Assembly (NCBI GenBank): GCA_012512325.1
Contig: JAAZEL010000050.1
Coordinates: 337 to 64,336 of the forward strand
Direction of reading: 5' to 3'
DNA length: 64,000 bases
Source: Candidatus Fermentithermobacillaceae bacterium
GTDB lineage: Bacteria; Bacillota; Sulfobacillia; Fermentithermobacillales; Fermentithermobacillaceae
The notes below the pieces were generated by a model. The model did no database searches. It was given only the letters and a program-made list of their open reading frames with translations, and was not told the DNA's origin. Positions 9,369 to 19,442 of the stretch are shown here, piece by piece; positions within the stretch are counted from its first letter, which is position 1; each line of letters starts with the position of its first letter. Position numbers and translations under genes: made by a program.

Positions 9369-11102
9369 CTAGTCCGACACTTGGTTGCCCCTCTCGCGGT
9401 CTTGGGAGTCTAAGATCGCGGCTTTGGCAAAGGTTCGAAGGCACGAGGTTATCCTCACCTTCAGCTTCTCGCCCACCCGGGAACCGCCATCTTTGATGTC
9501 TATGACATAGCCCTCGACCCGGGCAATCCCGTCCCTGGGATTCCCGGCATGGGGTTCCTCAACCTCCAGCTCCAACACGTCGCCTATCTTGACCGGGATC
9601 GCCTTGCCTGCAATCTCCTCCTTGCTGCCCAGGGCTTTGACATTCATGTCTTCAATGTGGAGGTCCTCTGAGCCCCTGATGAAAATGCTCCTGCCCGTCT
9701 CCTTCTCCAATTCCCTTAAGTTAGCCCCTCCGGGCCCTATCAGGTAACCGGCCACATTGGGGCTGACTTCCACAAGCACCGCTTCGCTGTGGGAATTTCT
9801 CAGGAGCCGCCTGATTTCCCTGCGGACCTTGGAAGCGACGGTCTCTTCAGACAGCACAGTGCCTTTGCCGCCGCAGTACGGACACATCCTGGTCATCACA
9901 GCATCCAGGCTTTGCCTTACCTTCTTTCTGGTCATCTCAACAAGCCCAAGCCCTGTGAGCCCTACCACAACCGTCTTTGTGTGGTCTCTCCTGAGGTGCT
10001 TCTCCAGTTGTTCAAGCACCCTTGCCCGGTGCTCAGGATTGTCCATGTCTATGAAATCTATGACGATTATCCCGCCGATGTCTCTGAGCCTCAGCTGCCG
10101 CACGATCTCTTCGCAGGCCTCCAGGTTGGTCCTGAACACGGTGTCAGAAAGGTTCTTGCTCCCTACGAACTTCCCTGTGTTGACGTCAATTACGGTCAAG
10201 GCTTCGGTCTTGTCGATGACGATGTACCCGCCGGATCTGAGCCACACCTGCCGGCTTAATGCCTGTTCGATGGCAGCTTCCACTCCGTACAGGCTGAACA
10301 GGGGGAGCTCCCTGTCCCTGTAATATATCACCCTGTCTATCATCTCAGGTGAGACACTCTGCAAGAGCTCCAGGATCTTGGAATAGGTGTGGCTGTCATC
10401 CACAAGCATCCTGGTGGTTTCTTGATTGAGCTCGTCCCGCACCATCCTCATTACCAGGCCCAGGTCCCGGTGCAACAGTGCCGGCGCTTTCTGCTGCTTG
10501 GAATTGCGTTGTACCTTTTCCCACAACCGCAGCACAAACGTTAGGTCCCTTTCGATCTCTTCCTTTGTCTTGCCCTCGGCCACAGTCCTGATAATCAGCC
10601 CCATATCAGGAGGTTTGATTTCCCTGGCGATTTTTCGCAACCTGTCCCTTTCCTCGTCGTCGCCAATCCTCCTGGACACGCCGATGTAGTTCACCGTGGG
10701 CATGAGCACAAGATAGCGGCCGGGAAAAGTAATGCGCCTGGTTACGCGGGCACCTTTTGTGCCTATGGCCTCTTTGGTAACCTGAACCACAATCGACTGG
10801 CCGGGCTTGACGATCTCGTTGATGGAAGTCCGGCCCCTCTTGTTCCTCGAAGCACCCCTGCCTCCGTTTTCCCGGGGCAAGAATGCATCGTCCACATACA
10901 AGAAGGCGTTCTTTTCCTGTCCGATGTCTACAAACGCCGCCTGCATCCCAGGCAAGACGTTAACCACTTTTCCCAGGTATACGTTGCCTGCTGTTTTCTG
11001 GCTTGTAGGTTTCTCAACATAAAACTCTACAACCGAACCGTCTTCAACCAGGGCTACCCTGGTTTCATCAGTGTTAGCGCTAATAAGTATCTCCCTGGTC
11101 AT
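9369..11102 (-). CDS. rng: Ribonuclease of the RNase E/G family (RNase G-like)
   Basis: N-terminal S1 domain (VYLGKVVNVLPGMQAAFVDIGQEKNAFLY). RNase E/G catalytic core. Zn-link-like CPYCGGKG. Conserved position upstream of rplU in Clostridia. Confidence 0.85.
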   Translation of the reverse strand: MTREILISANTDETRVALVEDGSVVEFYVEKPTSQKTAGNVYLGKVVNVLPGMQAAFVDIGQEKNAFLYVDDAFLPRENGGRGASRNKRGRTSINEIVKPGQSIVVQVTKEAIGTKGARVTRRITFPGRYLVLMPTVNYIGVSRRIGDDEERDRLRKIAREIKPPDMGLIIRTVAEGKTKEEIERDLTFVLRLWEKVQRNSKQQKAPALLHRDLGLVMRMVRDELNQETTRMLVDDSHTYSKILELLQSVSPEMIDRVIYYRDRELPLFSLYGVEAAIEQALSRQVWLRSGGYIVIDKTEALTVIDVNTGKFVGSKNLSDTVFRTNLEACEEIVRQLRLRDIGGIIVIDFIDMDNPEHRARVLEQLEKHLRRDHTKTVVVGLTGLGLVEMTRKKVRQSLDAVMTRMCPYCGGKGTVLSEETVASKVRREIRRLLRNSHSEAVLVEVSPNVAGYLIGPGGANLRELEKETGRSIFIRGSEDLHIEDMNVKALGSKEEIAGKAIPVKIGDVLELEVEEPHAGNPRDGIARVEGYVIDIKDGGSRVGEKLKVRITSCLRTFAKAAILDSQDRERGNQVSD

Positions 11103-11219
11103 GGGAGTATTTCATCTCCTAACGAAAATTTGGCTTTGTGCAAAACTCAGCAAAAGTCATGTGCTAGACTAATAAACGCCTGTATGGCGGCAGGATGGAC
11201 ATATGAATGACCTGCAATC

Positions 11220-11972
11220 TCATTCCAAATAGAGCTTAATCCTGTCGACGATTACTTCCGCGGTATCAACATCCATCCCGAATCTTGCCAATGAATCTAT
11301 CACCCATTGAGGGCGCACGGTACGGCCGTTCTCATGCCTGATCTTCATGAAGAACGTCGCCGGGCAGGAATTGGGTACAACGTCTATGCTCTCTACAAAC
11401 TTACGCAAATCCACAGTCTTGGTTTGTCCGGGCCGCCGGAGTTCAGATAAAACCTGGGCTTGAGCCAAAAACTCCGCCATTGCGGAGGACAATGCTTCCG
11501 CCGTCACCTCCTCTGTTTCAACTCTGTACAAAGACGCCCGGATCTGAGACTCAAAACTGGATTTGCTGTCGGGAACAATGTACAAACCCTTCAAGGCGAT
11601 CCCCTTCGGCAACGCTGCGGAAAGCGCCTGCGCCAAGGGGGTCAAGACATGAGCAAGCCGGACATGCCTGCCTGCATTGCCGCCGCTGAGAGCTCCTTGA
11701 GCCTTTGCCCGGATGAAATCCGCTATGCCCTTAGTGTCAAGCACGACATCCATATATTCTTCGTCACCTGCCGTCCCAACGGGCAAAGGCGCATAGAAAG
11801 ACACCTTCATCTTAGGCGAATAGCCTTGCGTCATGGCTACCGGCCACTTGGCCCCGGCAAGGGCCATCCTCAGATTACGAGCAATGTCCAAGTGGCTCAG
11901 AAACCTGACCGTATCTCCTTTTGTGTATCTGACCCTGACCCGCATCGGCAACACCTTTAGGCTCCCGGACAA
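11220..11972 (-). CDS. Radical SAM-linked protein (TIGR03936/DUF2344 family)
   Basis: 250-aa protein directly downstream of the TIGR03960-type radical SAM gene and upstream of rng, the usual arrangement. Start: MRVRVRYTKGDTVRFLSHLD. Confidence 0.65.
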   Translation of the reverse strand: MSGSLKVLPMRVRVRYTKGDTVRFLSHLDIARNLRMALAGAKWPVAMTQGYSPKMKVSFYAPLPVGTAGDEEYMDVVLDTKGIADFIRAKAQGALSGGNAGRHVRLAHVLTPLAQALSAALPKGIALKGLYIVPDSKSSFESQIRASLYRVETEEVTAEALSSAMAEFLAQAQVLSELRRPGQTKTVDLRKFVESIDVVPNSCPATFFMKIRHENGRTVRPQWVIDSLARFGMDVDTAEVIVDRIKLYLE

Positions 11973-12022
11973 CTACGCCGGGTATCCATTCCAAATGTAC
12001 TCAATATGTGCTCAAGGAACAT

Positions 12023-14008
12023 TCACTTAAGAGACATCTCTACCCTAAGCTTGGGGCATACGCCGCAGCCAACGCAGACGCCGGACCGGCAATCGTCGGT
12101 GGTGTAGCCCTTCTCGGCCCGCTCTCTCTCCCTGAGCAAGAACTCCTTAGATATCCCCGAATCAAGATGATCCCAGGGTAAGATCTCTTCCTTGCCCCGC
12201 TCCCTGTGTGCGTAGAACGCAGGGTCTAACCCTGTGTCCTGAAACACCTGTTCCCAAATGTCTATATCGAGATGGTTGCTCCAGGCATCAAACCTTGCCC
12301 CGCGCCTGAATGCCAGCTCCAAGGCTTCCGAAAGCCTTCTGTCGCCCCTGGCAAGCACTGCTTCCAGCCATGTGTGCTCTACATCATGGTATTTGTAACT
12401 GAGCCCGGGCCCCCGCAGGCCGTCGCCAAGCAGCCTCTGGCGCCTCCTGAGTTCTTCCCGCTGTATACAAGGTTCCCATTGGAAAGGCGTGTTGGGCTTG
12501 GGCACAAAGCCCGAAACTGAGACCACTATGGTAGGCCTTACCCCCATGTCTCTGCCCGTTTGGCGGATTCTCCTGGCAAGATCGGCAATGGCTTCCACGT
12601 CTTCGTCTGTCTCGCCCGGTAGGCCGATCATGAAATACAGCTTTATGTGTGCAAACCCTGAGCCAAAAGCATGCCTCACCGCGTCAAAGATCTCTTCTTC
12701 TGTGACCTTCTTGTTGATGATATTCCTCATCCTTTGAGAACCCGCCTCAGGGGCGAGGGTCAGACCGGTCCATGACGCCCCCAGCATTTTGGCTAACTCA
12801 ACTGAAAACGAATCCACCCTAAGAGACGGCAGGGAGACCTTTGACCCCGGACAATCGGCCATGAGCCGCGCCAGAAGTGTCTCAATGTGGCTGTAATCCG
12901 CAGATGACAGAGACACCAGGGAAACTTCATCGTATCCCGATGACTCAAGGAGCTCCTTGGCATACTTGCTTATGGTCTCAGGCGTCCTCTCCCTCACAGG
13001 GCGGTAGATGGTTCCCGCCTGGCAAAACCTGCACCCCTGAGTGCAACCCCTGAATATCTCCACCATGACCCTGTCATGGATGGGTTCCATGAGGGGTATC
13101 AGCGGCTCGTGGATGAAGGGTGCGGCCTCCAGGGACCGGATGACACGCCTCCTCACACGGGCAGGCGGGACGAAATATCCCGGCATGTCTTCAGGGAAGC
13201 AGGACCGCCTTATGTCCGGATCTTCGATTTGAGCCTTGATGCTCTCGTAAGATCCTTCATCCAGCTTCACAGGCACGGGAGACACTTTGCCCACAGTACC
13301 GTCAGCTCTGTACTCTACATCGTATAACGACGGCACATACACGCTTTCCACCAGAGCAAGCATAACCAGGAGGTCCAAACGGGATTTGCCTGTACCCTTC
13401 CAAGCCTTATACGTATCCACAATGTCCAAAGCCAGCTCTTCGCCGTCGCCCAAAGCGAAGGCATCGATGAAATCGGCCATGGGCTCAGCCGCCATGGCGC
13501 AGGGCCCGCCCGCTATGATCAAAGGATCCTCGGGACCCCTGTGTTTGGACCTCAGAGGGATGCCGCCCAAGTCCAGCATCATCAAGGCGTTGGTGTAGGT
13601 GAGCTCATATTGGAGCGAAAACCCGACTATATCGAAGGATGACAAAGGTAGCCTGTTCTCGATGCTAAAGAGCGGCCATCCTTTTTCCCTGAGCAAACTC
13701 TCCATATCGCGCCACGGCGCGTACACACGCTCACACGAAACGTCAGGGCGGCTGTTCAACACAGAGTAAAGGATCTGCGACCCAAGGTGGCTCATGCCGA
13801 CTTCGTAGACGTCGGGAAAAGCCAGGGCGAAGAGCACGTCCACCGACTGGGGATCTTTGTGCACCGCGTTTATCTCCCCGCCGGTGTACCTGGCCGGTTT
13901 TTCAACCTTCCCCAAGTGGCGCCGCAATTGGTTCCATGTGATGGCGTCTTGTCGTCTTCCTGGCAACTGTGACCAAACCTCTCCGTTTCTGCATGATTCT
14001 GCGTGCAA
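12023..14008 (-). CDS. B12-binding-domain/radical SAM protein (TIGR03960 family, function uncharacterised)
   Basis: CxxxCxxC radical SAM motif (CTQGCRFCQAG). About 660 aa. Paired with the TIGR03936 partner. Confidence 0.7.
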   Translation of the reverse strand: MHAESCRNGEVWSQLPGRRQDAITWNQLRRHLGKVEKPARYTGGEINAVHKDPQSVDVLFALAFPDVYEVGMSHLGSQILYSVLNSRPDVSCERVYAPWRDMESLLREKGWPLFSIENRLPLSSFDIVGFSLQYELTYTNALMMLDLGGIPLRSKHRGPEDPLIIAGGPCAMAAEPMADFIDAFALGDGEELALDIVDTYKAWKGTGKSRLDLLVMLALVESVYVPSLYDVEYRADGTVGKVSPVPVKLDEGSYESIKAQIEDPDIRRSCFPEDMPGYFVPPARVRRRVIRSLEAAPFIHEPLIPLMEPIHDRVMVEIFRGCTQGCRFCQAGTIYRPVRERTPETISKYAKELLESSGYDEVSLVSLSSADYSHIETLLARLMADCPGSKVSLPSLRVDSFSVELAKMLGASWTGLTLAPEAGSQRMRNIINKKVTEEEIFDAVRHAFGSGFAHIKLYFMIGLPGETDEDVEAIADLARRIRQTGRDMGVRPTIVVSVSGFVPKPNTPFQWEPCIQREELRRRQRLLGDGLRGPGLSYKYHDVEHTWLEAVLARGDRRLSEALELAFRRGARFDAWSNHLDIDIWEQVFQDTGLDPAFYAHRERGKEEILPWDHLDSGISKEFLLRERERAEKGYTTDDCRSGVCVGCGVCPKLRVEMSLK

Positions 14009-14166
14009 ACACCTGCAGCATACTCACGCTTCAAGCCCAATCCTGCCGTGTGGTCAAACACTCTCCTTGATTTACATTATAACCATTATGATATCAAGAG
14101 GTAAAAACAAACCGTCCGCACCGGTTGACTGCCCGTGCGGAAGGGAAAACAAACCCCAAGAGCCTA

Positions 14167-15126
14167 TCAGGAACCTATCAGTTCCTTCACCTCAAGATCC
14201 ACAAGCCCTTTGTAGAACGCTTCCAACAGCAGGGTCTCAGAGACGGCACCCAGCAGGTTCATGTGCCTGTCCACCACAAGCAGCACATGATACTTGGAAG
14301 GGCGTAGCTTGTGGACCAGCTCCTTTACTCTTGTGTTTCCGGAAACCATGAGTTCCTCCACGGGAAGCGCCCCTTTCCGGTCGAACCTCCGGCTCCTTGA
14401 CAGAAGCGCCATTACATTGCTGTAAGCGGCCATGTTCCGCTCTTCTATGGCGCTCCAGATGAGCAGCGGCCCCAGGATCACAAGGCCTACCCAACGGCCT
14501 GCGGTCACTATCCCTACCGTCCCTAGGATGCAAAGGCCCGTCCCCACGAACACGCCTAAGCCTGACAACCTGTAAGTAGCCTCTTTGTAACCGAGTTTCG
14601 AAGATAACTGGGCCCGCAAAAACCTTCCTCCGTCGAGGGGAAGACATGGCAGGAGGTTCACTGCCAAGAGCCCGAGGTTTACCCGCACCAGGAACTGAAG
14701 CAAGGGAAAGTGCTCCGGGGCGTACAGCCCTGGAGCCATGGCTGCATACCCGTGGTAGCCCAGGATCCCTAGGGCCGCCAGGAGGGCGCTTTGGACAGGG
14801 CCTGATATGGCTATCAATGCCTCAGACCAGGGTTCAATCTGCCATGCCCCTTCCAACCTGCCTATGGCACCGAACGCCCAGATTTCGACCTCGCTTATCT
14901 CGGCATCGAGAAAACCCGCGGCCATGAGGTGGCCCATCTCGTGAACCAGAAGACTTCCTGCAAATACGATGAAGTAGAGGGCATATCCTGAGCCAATCAG
15001 CACAACCGCCGCCAACAGAAATGTAATGTGCACAGTTATCTTTGCATTTCGTATTTGGGCTACAGCGAACTTCATTGTGTGGGGTCCCCTTCCAGGGAGA
15101 TTCGGGTAAAGGATCCGGCGAAACAA
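14167..15126 (-). CDS. Site-2 protease family (M50) metalloprotease with C-terminal CBS domains; SpoIVFB-like
   Basis: HEMGHLMAA (HExxH) inside a TM helix. LDG motif. C-terminal CBS pair. Sits just downstream of an M23-domain gene and upstream of rplU, as B. subtilis spoIVFA-spoIVFB does. Confidence 0.7.
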   Translation of the reverse strand: MFRRILYPNLPGRGPHTMKFAVAQIRNAKITVHITFLLAAVVLIGSGYALYFIVFAGSLLVHEMGHLMAAGFLDAEISEVEIWAFGAIGRLEGAWQIEPWSEALIAISGPVQSALLAALGILGYHGYAAMAPGLYAPEHFPLLQFLVRVNLGLLAVNLLPCLPLDGGRFLRAQLSSKLGYKEATYRLSGLGVFVGTGLCILGTVGIVTAGRWVGLVILGPLLIWSAIEERNMAAYSNVMALLSRSRRFDRKGALPVEELMVSGNTRVKELVHKLRPSKYHVLLVVDRHMNLLGAVSETLLLEAFYKGLVDLEVKELIGS

Positions 15127-15160
15127 GCTGGGTTATAACCGGCTGCGCACACCGTGGGTG

Positions 15161-15871
15161 TTACTGTGTTTTGGACCCTGGCGGAAGCAGCGTCAAGGGA
15201 TCGACCTCAAGCCCGTCTTTCCTTGTTTCAAAATGCAAGTGAGGACCTGCTGCATTGCCGGTCTTGCCTACAGTACCAATGACCTCACCTTGCTTGACTT
15301 TCTGGTCTTTCATCACGGACACTGTGCCAAGATGGGCGTATAAGCTTGAAAATCCCTGGCTGTGCTCGATCTCGACGGTGAGGCCGTAAGAATCCGATTG
15401 TCTCACGCTTGTAACCATACCTTCGGCAACCGCAACCACTTGAGTGCCTTCTTCAGCCGCGATATCGATCCCCTGGTGCAGTGACATACCCTGTGACTCC
15501 GGATTAGCTCTCCATCCAAAATACGAAACCACTTCGCCCTGGCAAGGCCAGGTCAATGCGCCTTGCCTGCCCGTTACCCCCCTGACCCAGAACTGTTCGA
15601 TGTCGAAACGGGCTACAGTGGCAACCATTTCAGGAAGCTTTGCCACCCACGCCTTTACGTCGTCGTAGGTCATGTCATGGTCCACAGCCTGCCTGGCCAT
15701 GGCGACAAGTTCTCCGGCCCTGTCCACATCTGACCTGGAAGCGCCCAGGATAACGAAGAAAATCATCAATGAAACCAGCGCCTGCCACGCCCACCCAGGC
15801 AAGGGCGTCTTTGCCAAAGTACCGGGTTGCCACCGCTGACTGGATTCTTGCCTGCCGTGTTTCCAAGCCAT
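15161..15871 (-). CDS. M23/LytM-domain membrane protein; SpoIVFA-like
   Basis: N-terminal TM. C-terminal M23 fold (HQGIDIAA...TGNAAGPHLHFE). Synteny with the SpoIVFB-like gene. Confidence 0.65.
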   Translation of the reverse strand: MAWKHGRQESSQRWQPGTLAKTPLPGWAWQALVSLMIFFVILGASRSDVDRAGELVAMARQAVDHDMTYDDVKAWVAKLPEMVATVARFDIEQFWVRGVTGRQGALTWPCQGEVVSYFGWRANPESQGMSLHQGIDIAAEEGTQVVAVAEGMVTSVRQSDSYGLTVEIEHSQGFSSLYAHLGTVSVMKDQKVKQGEVIGTVGKTGNAAGPHLHFETRKDGLEVDPLTLLPPGSKTQ

Positions 15872-16080
15872 TGTTCACACCTCACTTCAAGAAAGGTTAT
15901 TGTTGATAGGTATAAGATATGAATGAAGGATAGGAGCAGCGAGAAATCGAAGTGTATCCCATACAACCGTGGGGCTCTTGTTATTCTGCCGTTTGGAGCA
16001 GGGAGGCAGTTGATGTGGGCATACCCAGCAACAATAGTGGGGATATTTCAGCCCCCCGTATCATACTGGGAGGGCTCCAG

Positions 16081-16482
16081 ATGGGAGCAGATCCTAATCC
16101 ACCTGCATTGGTAGCTATTTCGTACCCGTCACCAGACAGGGCTCAAGGGGTGGCTGAGTATCTTATGTCGATTCAAGACGGAACAACGCCTTTTAAGTCC
16201 AGCCCCAACGTATGTGCGGGGGACACCGTGATTAAGGTCTATATCTCACCCACACCCGTTCCAAGCAAAGGGCATCTGTGCCAGGTCATGGCTAAAGCCG
16301 ACCCCAGGCATTTGACTTATTGCTTCTACGTGGCCTCTTACGTAAGCGAAGAGCAGTTATCCGTATTTTACAGTTTCTTTGATCTTGCCAACCACTATGT
16401 GCTTACCGTAGCCCACGGGGACAAGCTGCTCTTGGATACCATCAATCTGATAAAATACACGATAAACAGGAGAGGAGTTTGA
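16081..16482 (+). CDS. Hypothetical protein, about 134 aa. Start chosen at the Met with a good Shine-Dalgarno; the longer ORF begins at 15952.
   Basis: GGGAGGG lies 6 nt upstream of the ATG at 16081. Coding-like composition. No recognisable motifs. Stop overlaps the Shine-Dalgarno of the next gene. Confidence 0.4.
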   Translation: MGADPNPPALVAISYPSPDRAQGVAEYLMSIQDGTTPFKSSPNVCAGDTVIKVYISPTPVPSKGHLCQVMAKADPRHLTYCFYVASYVSEEQLSVFYSFFDLANHYVLTVAHGDKLLLDTINLIKYTINRRGV

Positions 16483-16486
16483 CTTA

Positions 16487-17125
16487 GTGGCTGCAGCCAA
16501 TGTTATCCCCGATGAACAAGTGCTTTGCGTGCCGACCAGGGCGCTCTACTCGGAGGTCGGCCGGTGGCGTGGCCTGACGGAACCCACTTCCGAGATATGG
16601 CGGGCCATCGCCAGGAATTCCTTGTTTAAGCCCAGAGCCCAGCTTGAGTATGACCCCTCTTACAAACAACTTGTGTCGTACACACTGTTCATCTCCGGAC
16701 GGCGTATCTTCGTGATGCAGCGTCTTGAGGCACAAGGTGAGGAAAGGCTGAGAGGACTCCTTTCAGTGGGGGTCGGAGGGCATATGAACCCTGTACAAGA
16801 TATACCGTGGCCGGGTAGAAGGCGCATTGCGGATCTCAAGAACCTGGTCACCGTGAACACCATAAGAGAGATCAAGGAAGAAGTGATCCTGGCGGGAGCC
16901 CCTCCGCTGCGGATCGTAGGTTTTCTCAACGACGATGACAACGAAGTGGGCAAGGTTCACCTTGGGGTAGTGTCTGTGGTACGCCTGACATCCCCTCTCC
17001 TCGCCGTAAGGGAAACTGACAAGATGCTCGGCAGATGGGCGGAATTGCTGGAACTCGGCCAGCTGGGCACCGGCACCTTGACCTTTGAAACATGGTCGTC
17101 ACTGGTGCTTCAAGGATTGGTATAG
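16487..17125 (+). CDS. Hypothetical protein with a degenerate Nudix-like box
   Basis: GTG start 4 nt after the upstream stop, with AGGAGAGGAG Shine-Dalgarno. Contains REIKEEV (an REUxEE-like element) preceded by a GG-rich loop, but the canonical Gx5Ex7REUxEExGU spacing is not met. Confidence 0.35.
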   Translation: MAAANVIPDEQVLCVPTRALYSEVGRWRGLTEPTSEIWRAIARNSLFKPRAQLEYDPSYKQLVSYTLFISGRRIFVMQRLEAQGEERLRGLLSVGVGGHMNPVQDIPWPGRRRIADLKNLVTVNTIREIKEEVILAGAPPLRIVGFLNDDDNEVGKVHLGVVSVVRLTSPLLAVRETDKMLGRWAELLELGQLGTGTLTFETWSSLVLQGLV

Positions 17126-17196
17126 ACACAGAATGCCGTTACAAAAACGGGGGCACCTGGACTTGAGGTGCCCCCGGGTTCGTTTATGGCCGGGTA

Positions 17197-17802
17197 TCAG
17201 ATGGATATACCCAACCAGTCTGTCAGCAGGAAGCTGAGCCTGTTAAGGAACAACGAGATACGCCCCTGCACAGTGTTGCCAAACGCCGTTCCGAAACCGA
17301 TCATCATGATATACCGCCCCAGACGGCCTGAACCCTGTATGAATTTGGACTCCTTGCCTGTCGTGAAGAAGAAGTATGACATTACCGCCATGAAGAAGAC
17401 GAAGAACAGCACGTTGTTGGCCGTGTTGAGCGGCCTCATGACGTCCATGAGCTGGGTGAACACGGGCCTCGGAGAACGAGCAATGGCGCCGCCCAATCCC
17501 CAGCCCACAGACAGGGCAATGGGATATCGGGCAAGCCACCGGTATTGCGGCGGAGCATATCTGGTATATAGGAGCAATCCCAAGGCGCCCATAAGGATGA
17601 AGTAGTACTGCTTTTCCCCTATGGCATAGTTCTGCCAATAGGGCTTAATGAACGAGTGGAACAACCGCGTTATCTGGTACGAAGTGTATAGGGCCACCAG
17701 GGTGTATTCCGCGATTCTGTAGGCGAAGTTCTCTTTAATCAAGTAGCTGTAACAAGCCAACGTACAAATAGCTTGAACCAAGATTTGCGGATCGGTGCTC
17801 AT
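17197..17802 (-). CDS. Uncharacterised polytopic membrane protein (module 2b)
   Basis: About 5-6 TM helices. Last gene of the four-gene minus-strand operon. Confidence 0.5.
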   Translation of the reverse strand: MSTDPQILVQAICTLACYSYLIKENFAYRIAEYTLVALYTSYQITRLFHSFIKPYWQNYAIGEKQYYFILMGALGLLLYTRYAPPQYRWLARYPIALSVGWGLGGAIARSPRPVFTQLMDVMRPLNTANNVLFFVFFMAVMSYFFFTTGKESKFIQGSGRLGRYIMMIGFGTAFGNTVQGRISLFLNRLSFLLTDWLGISI

Positions 17803-17851
17803 TCTGATTCACCTCCCACGAAACACTTTCGTATCGCATAAAACCATCTTA

Positions 17852-18694
17852 TTAGTCACGCTCTTTTGCCCTAAGGTAGAATCCAATATTACCAAGGATG
17901 ACAAGGAGCATGATCCAGGCATGCCCCATGGACTGGGCGTCCATAAGCTTCACGGCCTTCCCTGCCTTGTCGAGCAAGAGCTCGTATTCTGCCGCTCCGG
18001 GCAGCCCCGCCAAGAGGCCCTTGATCTGGCCGGCCCTCAAGGTGTTCATAGCGCCAGGTACCTGCACGGCAACGTTTCCAACGTAAATGTTGTAGTCCGG
18101 GAAGTAAGTGGTGTAAGTGCCAACTCCCGGATCGCCAGCGGCGAATATTATGAGGTCTGAAGCGGTTGCCTTATCCCATTTCTTGAACCTTTGCATCAGC
18201 GGCAGATCGCTGAATGAGTTGCCGAGCATGTCTGTCTCAGCACAGGCCTCCCAGAAGTCGAGCTGCATCTGACGCCACAGGGTTGTGCCGCCAGGCTTGT
18301 AGCCCGCATATACCCAGTCAACGCCGTACTCGCAGGGGATCCCTTCTTCCTGGAGCTGCTCGGCTGTTTCTTCAAGCAGGGTATATCCGAGTCTTTCACC
18401 GGTGTTCCATTGGGCTACCATGATCACTTTTACGCCCCTCTGCATGCAGTGCCTGAACCAGGCTTGGAGCTGGGGCCCAAGCTCTCCTTCGGAGCCTCCA
18501 CTGAAAGATACGTCGCCTACAACTATGTCCCCTGGCTGCAAGCTTTCTATCCAGTTATACACCGGAATTGTAGTCTCCTTATTGATGCTGATGGCAAGGC
18601 CGATGGGCTTGAGAACCGGGAATACCAACGAAAGAGCCATTATCACATAAACCCACCGGGGATCGATAGAGTCCAGTCTCTTCAGCCACTCCAC
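17852..18694 (-). CDS. Uncharacterised membrane protein (module 2a): signal anchor, a roughly 220-aa extracytoplasmic domain, and a C-terminal TM
   Basis: Same architecture as 19443..20261. Confidence 0.5.
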   Translation of the reverse strand: MEWLKRLDSIDPRWVYVIMALSLVFPVLKPIGLAISINKETTIPVYNWIESLQPGDIVVGDVSFSGGSEGELGPQLQAWFRHCMQRGVKVIMVAQWNTGERLGYTLLEETAEQLQEEGIPCEYGVDWVYAGYKPGGTTLWRQMQLDFWEACAETDMLGNSFSDLPLMQRFKKWDKATASDLIIFAAGDPGVGTYTTYFPDYNIYVGNVAVQVPGAMNTLRAGQIKGLLAGLPGAAEYELLLDKAGKAVKLMDAQSMGHAWIMLLVILGNIGFYLRAKERD

Positions 18695-18745
18695 AATATT
18701 TCCCTCCTTTCACAGTGTCATCAAGAACTGTGTATGTGCAAGGGC

Positions 18746-19408
18746 TTACCAATCTGTACCACCCAAGTAACGTTTCTCGAGGCCCAGAGCTACCCGCAAG
18801 ATCGCGGCATATGCTCCAAGGAAGACACCAATTCCAATTGCACGCTGGCTGGCAGCGTTAGGTATGGCCAATAGCCAGTCCTTGATCCCTGAGAACCCGC
18901 CTAGCCAGGATTCCGAGCCCCAGATTGCGTTACCCAGGGACACGTTACCAAGCATCACAATGAACGCTACCACCATCATCAGCAAGGACTCAACGTTGCG
19001 GATCTTAAAGGCCCTATAGGCGGCTGATGCGATGAAGAATGCAAGCATCGAGAACATGGTGGAATCCAGAGGAACGATGACTGCGTCATAAATCCAGTTG
19101 AAAGCTTCACTCTCCAGGCCGCCGAAGAACAGGCCAAGGATGGCGTAGCCGTAGAGCACTATCAAGAGCCACACGCTGTAGATCCAGTGCTCACGCCGGC
19201 GCTTGATGGTGTTTCCGTGTACTCTCGTGAGGTTAATGAGCCCCATGAAAAGCCCCATACAGTACATGAACGTTACTGAGAATGAGATCCTGGAAAACAG
19301 CATCACGCCTTCGGAAATCTCGTAATTGAGCAGCGGATTTATCATCTCAAAGAGAAAGCGGAGCAATGTCATCAGGAAAGTGAGTGCTAACGGCACTTCC
19401 CGTTTCAA
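18746..19408 (-). CDS. Uncharacterised polytopic membrane protein (module 1b), about 6 TM
   Basis: Multiple hydrophobic helices. 34-nt gap from the upstream gene. Confidence 0.5.
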   Translation of the reverse strand: MKREVPLALTFLMTLLRFLFEMINPLLNYEISEGVMLFSRISFSVTFMYCMGLFMGLINLTRVHGNTIKRRREHWIYSVWLLIVLYGYAILGLFFGGLESEAFNWIYDAVIVPLDSTMFSMLAFFIASAAYRAFKIRNVESLLMMVVAFIVMLGNVSLGNAIWGSESWLGGFSGIKDWLLAIPNAASQRAIGIGVFLGAYAAILRVALGLEKRYLGGTDW

Positions 19409-19442
19409 ATCGGTTCACCTCCTCCTGTCATTCTCGCAAACA

